A program made the translations under genes and the position numbers. 64,000 nucleotides of DNA from a virus, in IMG/VR virus record IMGVR_UViG_3300043409_002154, positions 1 through 64,000 of that record; one strand, given 5' to 3'. Numbering within the stretch: position 1 is the stretch's first letter; each line of letters opens with the position of its first letter. This document shows, piece by piece, positions 40,538 through 50,700 of the stretch. The notes beneath the pieces are model-generated. The model did no database searches. It was not told where the DNA came from and saw nothing but the letters and a program-made list of their open reading frames with translations.

Positions 40538-43500
40538 TTATGTTTTTGTAACACTAAAAATATTTATACCTTGACTAATCCTTTGTTCCATAATCTTTTT
40601 TTCTTCAATACTAATATTATTATAATTTTCCTGACCAACATTAGAATCGCTTTCTATATTAATTACCCAAAACTTTAAAGCCTCCTCCGATTTTAACTGT
40701 AGTTTTTCATTTAAACTTAACTGATTTAATCGTATACTCCATCTATTAATTAAAAAGGAGATAGAATTTTTTAAACTATCAAATAGGGCAAATGGTTTAA
40801 CAATATTAACATTATTTTTTAAACACACATAACTATTTTTATTGAAAAAATTTGAAGTTTCCGCCCAATCAGTTGTTAAATCAATAGACGCAAAATTATT
40901 ATTTACCGCCGAAAATCCAGTTTTATTACCCGAGGTTAAATAAAAAGAACAAAATATAATTTGTTCTAATATCTTTTTATCTCTAGTTGACAACGCTGTA
41001 ATACTTACAGTGGAGATTATTATTGTTTTAATTTCTTTAAAATTATAAGTTGTTATTACTTTATCAACACTGTCTAACTGATAGTATTTTTCATATCGTT
41101 TATATAAACTTTCATTACAATCAATTACCTCGGCAATTTCAACACCTTTAGTCGCTTTTGATATCACATATGAACTGTTATTTATAATATTACCACTACT
41201 TAATTTACCAGAGGACGCTTGTTGTTTTATAAGTTGTTCAGATTTAGTTATTAAAGATTGTTTTAATGTTGCTAAATAATCAGTCGGTAATGGTAAACTT
41301 GCTATAGGCTGTCTAACACCTTCAAAAGAAGTGTCAAATTTACCTGGAGATATTGTATGATTAACACTGGTTATCATATATGGGCCTGAAAACATTGGGA
41401 CGTGTCTAAGATTAAAATACATTGTTGGTTGAATCATAGCATTACCTAACATATTAACAGTGCATTTATAAGACCTAGTTTTATATAAATCATATAATCC
41501 GGAACTTTGTGAGGATGTTCCTCTACCAGAACCTTGATTTCTCGTATCAAACAACATTTTATATGTTTCAGCGGTTTCTAATCTAGAATCTTGACCTACT
41601 GTAAACCCATTAAAAATTGATTGGTTTTGCGGACCAAATTCTACATTAAAGGCAACAACTTTATTTGAAAGAGCCCAATCAACTTTATTTTGTTGATTTT
41701 CAGATAAAGGATTGTCGCTAGCCCTTCTCATATCAAACGAATCGTCTTTATATCTACTAGAACTATTGTTATCTGTTTTTAAAAATTCACTAGCTTTACC
41801 ACCATAAAAACAAACCATTTTTGATGATGATTCTCTATAATCAACATTTGTAAAAGTTCCAAATAACGTATTACCAAACTCTAAAGTGCCCTCAGCTTTT
41901 GGTATTGGGTTTTTTATAACATCTTGCACATTATAAAAATTAACATATGATGGTAAATTCATTATAACAAAATTAGAATCCATTATAATACTTCTAACCG
42001 TAGTTAATAAATCTACTTTAGGGTTAATTTTTGATAAATAAACATCTTTTACCTTGAAAATATCAATAATAACCTCTTGCCCTAGGTTTTTACTGGCCCT
42101 ATCAAGCAATAATACATCCTCAAACAATGTTTTATTTTTAAAATCATTTCCTGAAATCCATTTATCATTAATTGCTTTAAAACTGTCATACAATTCATAT
42201 TTATTTTGCGTCCCTTGAATCGTAGAATTTCTTGTTATTAGCGGTTCAATTTTTACCGTATCTAATTTTTTATTAAGGATTGAAAAAATATTATTGACAA
42301 TACCATCATGAAATGTTATTGATTTGTCTAAATACTCATCCATTGATTGTTTAAACGCATAATTAGATTCAGATTGTTTTGTGGTTGGAATGTTGGGATA
42401 ACTAGGGTTTGGCAATTTTACATAGTTAACAACAAGATATTTTTGTAATGCCGCTCTAGGGTCGGAAAATTTTGGTCCGTAATATTCAATAATAACTTCA
42501 TCTACAATACCTCTAATTATTTCATCGTCAGTAAGATTACCACCAAAATTATTAATTAATGTTTTATTTGGTGAAATATATATTGTTTTACCACTCACAT
42601 CTCTTAATATTGGAACAATATTGAAATTATTAGTTTTATATAAATTTAAAATTTCTTCACCAATAATATTTGATAATGTTGGCGTGGCAGATGGTACTCC
42701 AATTGAAGGCGTTGGAGTTATTGAAGGTGTTGGCGTTACTGATGGAGCTCCATTTGAAGGCGTTGGAGTCACAGTTGGAGCCTGTTTTATTTCAGCATAC
42801 GCAATTAAATTTTTTTCAATTGCGGAAATAGGAACGGTCGGCGTTTTTGGTGTTAAAGATTGTAATAATTTTTGAGAAGAATATAATTTAATTATTGTCG
42901 CCAGTTTTTTTATATTTACACTTGTAAAAGCAACATTAAAATCAATAAAAAAATCAGTTATATAAGAACCATTATTACTATATGTTAAATTTTCATTATT
43001 TGAAAATCCAACATACAATTCTAAATCTTTCCAAGCTTGTGAATAGTTAGATTTTGAGACTTCTAAGGAAGGAACCGAATTTCCTTTAATAGGTAACGCG
43101 TTTGGAGTTGTTGTTGTATACAATTCCCAAGTAATTGGTTCAATAATAAATTTATTTGAAAACGAATAAAAAAGTTTTTTATCAAAAAATGATGGGTTTC
43201 CATTTACAAATAAAATATCATTATTTAAAAAATCATTTAAAACGATATTGGTATTTTTAATTTGCGATGTTTGTATTTTTTCTAATAAACCCTCATTTGT
43301 CATCCCACTATAAAAAGTTTCGTCATATGGAACCGTTAAAATACTCTTAATTAAAACTTGAAAATTTATATTTTTTAGATTTGTTTCATCAGATATTAAT
43401 TTTGAATCAATATTTGTTTCGGAAACACAAAAATTTAAAAATTCTTTTTCAAAACCATCTAACATATTTTTATCAAAAACTGAAAACATCTCTTCAATAC

Positions 43501-46500
43501 TTGAATAAGGAATATCTCTCCCATTTATTGAATAATTTTCTTGTTCAGGTTGACCAGAAAAAATATGTTTCATGTATTCATTTGGCGTTGGTCTTGTTAT
43601 TTTTTCAACGTCAAAATACCCAAATTGAGAAGCCGCCCAAAATAATCTAATTGACCCATTATGAATGGAATCATTTTCGGTTACATTTTGTATTAATTCA
43701 TAGTTATTATTAGTTATTTCATCATACGCTTGATTTTTAAAAGAGCCGTGAGAAGGTAAAATGTAAGTATTTGTTTTATCGTTATTATAAATAATAGAGG
43801 TCCATGGTGTTATTGAGAAATCTTCAAATTCAGAAATTATTGCGTCATTTATTAAAAACGTTTTAAGTCCTGGACTTCCATCTATAGACATTTTTGATTG
43901 TATCTCTTCAGAAATTTTTTCAATGTCAAATAAATCTTCACCCGTTAAGAAAAAATTAAAATCGTTAATAAGTTTAGGATAAAACCCCACGTTTATAGAA
44001 GTAAAATTAACGTTACCAAAAGACATATTTTTTTCTAAAACAATGTCATAATTATTATTAACCCCAGTTAAATAATACGTAAGTTCAGGATTATTAGTTA
44101 TTGGGTCATAATTATTGATATAACTAAACCCAGACCAAGATTGGTTTAAAATATCATTACCAGTTTGAACATGTGTCTTATAACGATGCCAAATTGACCC
44201 TATTTTTAATATCCAAGCGTATGGTAATTTATGAACACCCGCAAATTTTTTCAACGACGCAAAAATATAATCTAAATCTTCAATAGAAGATGGTTCAGCC
44301 AAAGTTTGCGGATTTAATGTCTTATATTTTTCTTTTAAAGTAGACAACGGTAAACTATTTAAAAAAAGATAAGCCGCGGAAATAAATGGAGTGTTCCCAG
44401 AATTTTTATAACTATTAATTCCTTCTTGTATGGCGTTAATAAAAAATGGCGTGTTTAAAATTGATGTTGTTTGATTGTTCCCAACAAACCCACTATAATT
44501 AAAATATCTAACATTACCTTCAGTTATAAATTGATTATTAAACTTTCTATCTTTATAAAATTCACTAAAAAAATTATCATTAGAATTTAAAACTTCAGGC
44601 GTTATCGATTGTCCAGTTTCAGTTAAAAAATTAACAATTGGTCTTCTTATTAAACTAGTAGTGTCAGAATCAAAATTAGTAATTGTTTTTAAACTTTTGT
44701 TATATTTTAATGTTGTTTTTGTTTCAAATCCATTTTTTTTTACATTTTTACCATCCGCAAGATAATTTTTAACCCAATTTATATTTATAAACGGTTGTAA
44801 ATCCGTAAAGTCAAAATTATTACCAGTGTCAGATTTAAGAAATTCGTCTATCTCCGTAACATTACTTAAAGAAGGTTTTGGTTGATATGCGGTATTTGAT
44901 AAAACATTAATATTTAATATCGAATATTGAGCATTTTTTAAAATACTCTGTATATACGGAGTTACAAATTCACCCCTTATAAACATTAACCAATTATCCC
45001 CACTTCCTTGATTTGAAGAGTCTCTTAAAATATCTTGGAAATTATCACTTGTTATATTTTTTTCCTTTAAAACATTAACTAAAAATGGGCTATTGTTACC
45101 TAAAGCCGTAATTATATTATTTGACTCAACTTCGGTTACGGAAAATAATAATTTAGAATAATCATTTGTATCAACCGTTCTAGATAACCTTGAATAATTT
45201 GCCGTTAAAAATATTCTTTCATATAATTCATATAAAAATCTAACAACTTCTTTATTTGAAAAGACTTGATTATTAATTGGGAATTCGATAATATTAAAAC
45301 TAAGTCTTTCAATGTCAAAATCCGAATTTAATGTTGGCGGTAAACCTTGTGATATTTCTTCAGTTTGAACTAACGCGTTAACAAATTCTTCAACAAACTC
45401 AACTTCAGGCCAAATATTATAATTATCCCCTTTAGTCTGACCAATTAATTCTGGGTCCCCAGGATATTTATGATAATATCCATTTTCTTCTCCCACAGCT
45501 GGAACCATAAATGATGGCCAAGGATAAACCGGAGTGTCTTTACCTTCAAGAGCATCTGGATTTGCGTTTTTTGTTAGAGGATTTAAAACACAGTTAACTC
45601 TATCATTATCTCTACTTAAACTCCAAGCTTTAGTATGAACTTCATCTAGAAGTCTTAAAAAAGCTTCCCCATTTGCAAAAAACACAGACAATATATTTCT
45701 TAACGTCGGAGCAAATTTTATTCCAGTATCTCCACCACCCTTAACAAATTTTCCAAGTGCAGCAGTTATTTCTTCTTCAATTTTATTTTTTTTATCTACA
45801 AGTTCTTTTTTTATGTTATTAATAATTGGAGTAAAAGTGTTTGGTATTAGATTACCATCATCAAAAATAAAAAACATTTGTCTTATTTCGTTTTTTATAT
45901 TTCCTTGGTCGTCTTTAACTTGTTCAATTTGTCTAGCTCTTAGTTTTAAAATTTCACTTTCATACGCCTTTTTTTGTACTTCATTTGGTCCAGAATTACT
46001 ACCTGTCCTTTGTCTATAAGTTTTTTCAATATCAATATTACCAGGATTAGTAAAATTATAAACAAATTTTTCATATGTTATATTTTTAACATTTGAAATT
46101 TCCGAACTTTCTGGTTTTGACTTATTACCTTTACTATCATTAATAACATATGTGCCACCAGTACCAAAAGTTTTATTACTTAATAATTTATCATTAAACT
46201 CAACTATTATTTTTTTTAATTTTTCTTTTGCTTGATATTCATTTCCTTTTTCTAAAAAAGAATCTTTTAACTGATAAAAAATGGCACCATTTGTTAAAAC
46301 AAAAAACCTCTTCATATCTAAATGTTGTTTAGCCCATGAACCTTCAATAGATGCGTCACCAATAAAAATTTTTCTATTATACTCATTAACTGTATCGTTG
46401 TAAGTTCTAATATCTGATAAGGGCCCTAAATTTTGTTTACTATAAGATTCTATAACATTTTTTGCAAAAGTGTCTAAATACGCTTTAAGTTCCATTAAAC

Positions 46501-47404
46501 TATATTCAGGTAAATTATTATCAATTAATCCTTTTATTTTATATTCACCATAAACCTCACTTAATTTTTGTTTTCCTAAAGTAGTTGTTCCATTTGTAAC
46601 GTTTTTACTCCCATCATTTGAATTTGAACTAGATGTAGTAGTAATTGTTGTTTTAAACATATGAGGTAAAGCTAAAAGATTCCCCATGGTTATTTCATTC
46701 AATATTGAGTATTTGTACGTTAAAAAATTTAAATCAATTATAAAATTCCCAGTTTCGTGAGAATACCTTGATGTAAATTTTTGTAACATTATTTCATATC
46801 TAACCGCTTTTCCATAATAACCCTTTAAAGTTAAAAAAAATTTTGGGTATGGTAAATTAAAAAAAGCTGCGTATGGTGAATTATCTCCAAGTTCAAATAA
46901 CGCTCTTCCTTTTATATCTTCTAAACCAATTGAAATTGTTGGTAGAAAAGATGCGTTTTGTTTAATTATAATGCTTTTTATTCCCAACAATCCATTATTA
47001 ACAGAACCTGGTTTGCCTCCCGAATTAATTGATTTTGAAATATAATAATCTTCAGGTAAAGTACTTTTTTTTGTATAATCAACTTGATTTTGACCTTTAC
47101 CCTCAATAGAATCTTTACCAGTTATTTCATCTGTCCAACTATTATCTAAAAAAGTTTTATCTTGTTGTTTTAAAAAATTAATTGTTGCTAATGAAACTAT
47201 ATTTGCACTATCATACGACTCCCCTAAAACTAATTTACTTCTAGGTATCATTTTACACTCAAGATTAGCATACATAACAAGATTTTCTTGTTTCACAAAT
47301 CTTTCGCTTACTATTCCATTTTCATTTATAACCCTATTAGGGTCAACAACAACAATGTTATTATAATCAAATTCTACAAAAATGTTTTCTGAATTATCTT
47401 CCAT
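40538..47404 (-). CDS. 2288-aa baseplate hub-like protein (gp27/GPD-like motifs)
   Basis: CTVNMLGNAMIQPTMYFNL...FSGPYMITSVNHTISPGKFDTSFEG resembles the GPD/VgrG-type hub C-terminal strands; it follows the LysM/gp53-like gene. Confidence 0.6.
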   Translation of the reverse strand: MEDNSENIFVEFDYNNIVVVDPNRVINENGIVSERFVKQENLVMYANLECKMIPRSKLVLGESYDSANIVSLATINFLKQQDKTFLDNSWTDEITGKDSIEGKGQNQVDYTKKSTLPEDYYISKSINSGGKPGSVNNGLLGIKSIIIKQNASFLPTISIGLEDIKGRALFELGDNSPYAAFFNLPYPKFFLTLKGYYGKAVRYEIMLQKFTSRYSHETGNFIIDLNFLTYKYSILNEITMGNLLALPHMFKTTITTTSSSNSNDGSKNVTNGTTTLGKQKLSEVYGEYKIKGLIDNNLPEYSLMELKAYLDTFAKNVIESYSKQNLGPLSDIRTYNDTVNEYNRKIFIGDASIEGSWAKQHLDMKRFFVLTNGAIFYQLKDSFLEKGNEYQAKEKLKKIIVEFNDKLLSNKTFGTGGTYVINDSKGNKSKPESSEISNVKNITYEKFVYNFTNPGNIDIEKTYRQRTGSNSGPNEVQKKAYESEILKLRARQIEQVKDDQGNIKNEIRQMFFIFDDGNLIPNTFTPIINNIKKELVDKKNKIEEEITAALGKFVKGGGDTGIKFAPTLRNILSVFFANGEAFLRLLDEVHTKAWSLSRDNDRVNCVLNPLTKNANPDALEGKDTPVYPWPSFMVPAVGEENGYYHKYPGDPELIGQTKGDNYNIWPEVEFVEEFVNALVQTEEISQGLPPTLNSDFDIERLSFNIIEFPINNQVFSNKEVVRFLYELYERIFLTANYSRLSRTVDTNDYSKLLFSVTEVESNNIITALGNNSPFLVNVLKEKNITSDNFQDILRDSSNQGSGDNWLMFIRGEFVTPYIQSILKNAQYSILNINVLSNTAYQPKPSLSNVTEIDEFLKSDTGNNFDFTDLQPFININWVKNYLADGKNVKKNGFETKTTLKYNKSLKTITNFDSDTTSLIRRPIVNFLTETGQSITPEVLNSNDNFFSEFYKDRKFNNQFITEGNVRYFNYSGFVGNNQTTSILNTPFFINAIQEGINSYKNSGNTPFISAAYLFLNSLPLSTLKEKYKTLNPQTLAEPSSIEDLDYIFASLKKFAGVHKLPYAWILKIGSIWHRYKTHVQTGNDILNQSWSGFSYINNYDPITNNPELTYYLTGVNNNYDIVLEKNMSFGNVNFTSINVGFYPKLINDFNFFLTGEDLFDIEKISEEIQSKMSIDGSPGLKTFLINDAIISEFEDFSITPWTSIIYNNDKTNTYILPSHGSFKNQAYDEITNNNYELIQNVTENDSIHNGSIRLFWAASQFGYFDVEKITRPTPNEYMKHIFSGQPEQENYSINGRDIPYSSIEEMFSVFDKNMLDGFEKEFLNFCVSETNIDSKLISDETNLKNINFQVLIKSILTVPYDETFYSGMTNEGLLEKIQTSQIKNTNIVLNDFLNNDILFVNGNPSFFDKKLFYSFSNKFIIEPITWELYTTTTPNALPIKGNSVPSLEVSKSNYSQAWKDLELYVGFSNNENLTYSNNGSYITDFFIDFNVAFTSVNIKKLATIIKLYSSQKLLQSLTPKTPTVPISAIEKNLIAYAEIKQAPTVTPTPSNGAPSVTPTPSITPTPSIGVPSATPTLSNIIGEEILNLYKTNNFNIVPILRDVSGKTIYISPNKTLINNFGGNLTDDEIIRGIVDEVIIEYYGPKFSDPRAALQKYLVVNYVKLPNPSYPNIPTTKQSESNYAFKQSMDEYLDKSITFHDGIVNNIFSILNKKLDTVKIEPLITRNSTIQGTQNKYELYDSFKAINDKWISGNDFKNKTLFEDVLLLDRASKNLGQEVIIDIFKVKDVYLSKINPKVDLLTTVRSIIMDSNFVIMNLPSYVNFYNVQDVIKNPIPKAEGTLEFGNTLFGTFTNVDYRESSSKMVCFYGGKASEFLKTDNNSSSRYKDDSFDMRRASDNPLSENQQNKVDWALSNKVVAFNVEFGPQNQSIFNGFTVGQDSRLETAETYKMLFDTRNQGSGRGTSSQSSGLYDLYKTRSYKCTVNMLGNAMIQPTMYFNLRHVPMFSGPYMITSVNHTISPGKFDTSFEGVRQPIASLPLPTDYLATLKQSLITKSEQLIKQQASSGKLSSGNIINNSSYVISKATKGVEIAEVIDCNESLYKRYEKYYQLDSVDKVITTYNFKEIKTIIISTVSITALSTRDKKILEQIIFCSFYLTSGNKTGFSAVNNNFASIDLTTDWAETSNFFNKNSYVCLKNNVNIVKPFALFDSLKNSISFLINRWSIRLNQLSLNEKLQLKSEEALKFWVINIESDSNVGQENYNNISIEEKKIMEQRISQGINIFSVTKT

Positions 47405-47720
47405 AATAGAAAAAACGGTTTTCTAATGCCGCTTTATAGTCTTGTAATGAACTTACTAAAGGATATGGAATAGTCAAGATAGAATTATCAGGTATCGCCC
47501 ACTCTTGACTACCAAATTGTGGGTTCGCCATCATAATTAACCACCCAAAATATGGTGTTCCATAATAAAGTTGAGACACTTTATCCATTCTAGATTGACC
47601 AGACTTATAAATGTAACGTTTATCTGTTGACTTACTTTGTATTAAAACAAATGGTAATACCGTTTGTTCCCCATTAATTATAAAATCAGAATATCTATTA
47701 TAATATTGTCGTGATGCCAT
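47394..47720 (-). CDS. LysM/gp53/tail-X-like baseplate protein
   Basis: YIYKSGQSRMDKVSQLYYGTPYFGWLIMMANP...LTIP. Confidence 0.75.
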   Translation of the reverse strand: MASRQYYNRYSDFIINGEQTVLPFVLIQSKSTDKRYIYKSGQSRMDKVSQLYYGTPYFGWLIMMANPQFGSQEWAIPDNSILTIPYPLVSSLQDYKAALENRFFYYGR

Positions 47721-47722
47721 TT

Positions 47723-50700
47723 TTAGTTAAATTTAATTTTACCGTCAAAAGTAGTTGTATCCGGGTTAGGGTTTTGTGTTGCGTATAAATCTTTTATTTT
47801 CGTCTTTTGCTCATTGTCAGTACCAATTGGAACAGTCGTATATGTAAATTTTCTTGTTTTGCCTTTTACATATATATTTTCAATAATTTTATCAATAAAT
47901 TCTTTTTTAACCGTTTCTTTACGTTTTCCGTATTCTTTAGTTTCATAGTCAAATCTATCAATATAAATTTTTGATACTTCATTTAACGAACTGTCAAAAG
48001 CTGCAATTTCTTTTTTATATTTTTTTACATCATTTAACATTATACCTAAAACATTTGTTCTAAATTCATTTTTTTTGTTTTTAAAAGTCTGAACAATAAC
48101 ACTATAAAAATCAGGCGGATTGCCCTTTCTAATTATTTTTAAATAATCGGACTCTATTGCTAACCCATTCACCTCATAAAATTTTAAAACGTTTTTACCA
48201 AACTTATCAAAATCATCAGTTAACTCTTTTATCGTATCAGCTTGTGTTGCTGGTTTAGTCGTTTCGTCTGTACCCTCTAAATTGTAAACCCGTATATTCC
48301 CACCACCAATAATAATCCCATCCGTTTTTTCAGATATTAAATTTATTTTTCTTATGTCTTGAACTAAAGACTCTTGTTGTGTAGATAAATTTTGAATAAT
48401 TTGTTGGATTGAATTACTAAAATTATTTTGTACTTTATCTTTTATATAGGTTTTCATATTATCCTCAATTATTTTTAAACTAGTCGGCGGAATTGATGGC
48501 ATTTTTGCTAAAATTCCAATTCTTATTGGATTTGACTTATCTATCTCATCATAAACGTTTGTAAAAAGACTATCTATTTTTGTTTTAATATCCGGTTTGC
48601 CAAAAATTTTAGTTTTTGCTCCACCTGTTAAAACAGTTCCACTAATAAAAAGTCTATCTCCTTTAAATAATTGCAAAATATCAAGATTATAAGTTTTAAC
48701 AATTATCTCTAACTGATTTAATACGTTTGTATAATATGTTTTAGTATCATCAAGTAATAAGTCCATTATGTTTTTATATGAAATATCCCCATTTGAACCT
48801 ACCGAATTTGATTTTGTTGTTAATATTTGCCCAATTGTAGTACCTCCATTATTATTGATTTGGGAAGACAGATTATTAACATCAGTTTTTGTTTCTCCTT
48901 TAACTATTGATTTAAAAAACTCCATATCCATAACTGAAGTGTCTTCAGTTGGTACTGCTCTTTCATCGTAAATTTCAGTGTTTGCGTAATAATTAAAAGA
49001 CAACGCATTTTGAAGTTGTTCTATTGGTTTTTGTAATCCAGACCCTCCAATAAAATTAAACCCCATTGTTATTTTAGCAACCATTGGTTGGACTCCAATT
49101 CCTTCCGGATTTAAATCAAATAAAAGTGGGTCATATGTAATTCCCAATGAAGTTGGTACTATTTTGGTGTTATAAAAATCACCAATTCTAAGAACTAAAA
49201 TTGGTGGAGTTCCAAAAGAAGTGTTTAATGCGTCATTAAATTTTGGCTTACCATCAGGACCAATTACCGGAATTGTGTCACCAGGTCTTACACATTGTTG
49301 TAAAAAAGTTAATCTTGAGTTTAACCCTTCAGGAGTCATTGAATGAAACGCGGGGTTAAAATGTTTAATCTTTTCTTTTATCGAGGCGTAAACCATTGGA
49401 GAATCTTCTTTAATCATTTGAAAATAACTAGCCTCGTTTAACAACCCTCTTATTATTTTTTTTGCTATCCCCTCTTTAAGTTTTGAAGTTATACCAATAA
49501 CTTTTGATGGGATTATTGTTTTTTTAATCCCATTTTTTAAATTTTCAACAATACTGTCCGTTTTTTTTGTTTCGGATTTATCTTTCACACTTATTTCGGA
49601 AATTACAACTCTACGACAAGCCATAGCACTAACCGAATAAATTTTAGCTTCATTAGGCGTTTGTAAGTCGGTACAATTAATGTCCGTACCATAGTCACCT
49701 CCCCCACCTTTTGGGGTTACATTTTTTTCAGATTCTCCATTGGAATTAAAAATTATTTCTAAAGAGGTGTCCGCTATAGATTCTTCAAACGTTTTAGACG
49801 ATGATATAAAATACTGTTTTATAGTTTCAACTCTTTTTTTGGACAACTCTAGATTGTACGCATTATCACCAAGAGCCGATGCTGAACCAACAAAAGTAAT
49901 TTTTACTTTTCCCTTTTTATCTGATTTTAAATAATTTTCAAGGTCAGACATAAGATTTTTTTCGTTACCGATTGTCTTATCAATTTGTCTAAAATTATTA
50001 ATAATTATGTTCTCAAAAAACGATTTTGTATTTTGATTAAAACCTATAAAATTTTTAGAAAACGTTTCATATGTTCCACTTTGTCCCGTATACTTATTAA
50101 ATAAATCAAGATAATTTCCATCGCTAGCCTTATTATCAAAATAAAAACCAAGGGACGTGTAATCATTAAATGAATCGTTTGTTTTCGGTTCGGTTGTTGT
50201 AATTTCTGTTTTTGTTTCTTTAACAATCTCAGTAATTTGCTCAGTTTTTACTCCAGGTTTACTTAATATTTCTTGATAAGTAACCAAATCTTTTGATTCT
50301 ACTTGAGGGAATCTTTTCGCTAATTCAATAATATCAAATTTAGCACATCCCGCAAAAAAAGATTCTACAATTGAATTTATTCTTTCACTATCAGCGTTTT
50401 GAAGTTGTTTTTTAACTATAAGATTTAAAATTGATGGGTGGTCAACAATTATTTTCCAAGATAAAGTTCCAGTTCTTGTTGTTTCTTTATATGTATATAT
50501 TGGCTCTGGTCTTCCAAGAAAACTTGTTGGTGTAAAACTTGGATTACTGTTTTCGCTAAAACTAATATCATAAGGAGGAAACCACATAACTCTACCCCCA
50601 TTTTGCCCCTTTTCTTCGGCAGGTAATTGGTCATAAGTAAATCCATCTCTACTAGATGTTCTCCAAGCTAAATTTTCAATTGAAAACATGTATTTTTTAA

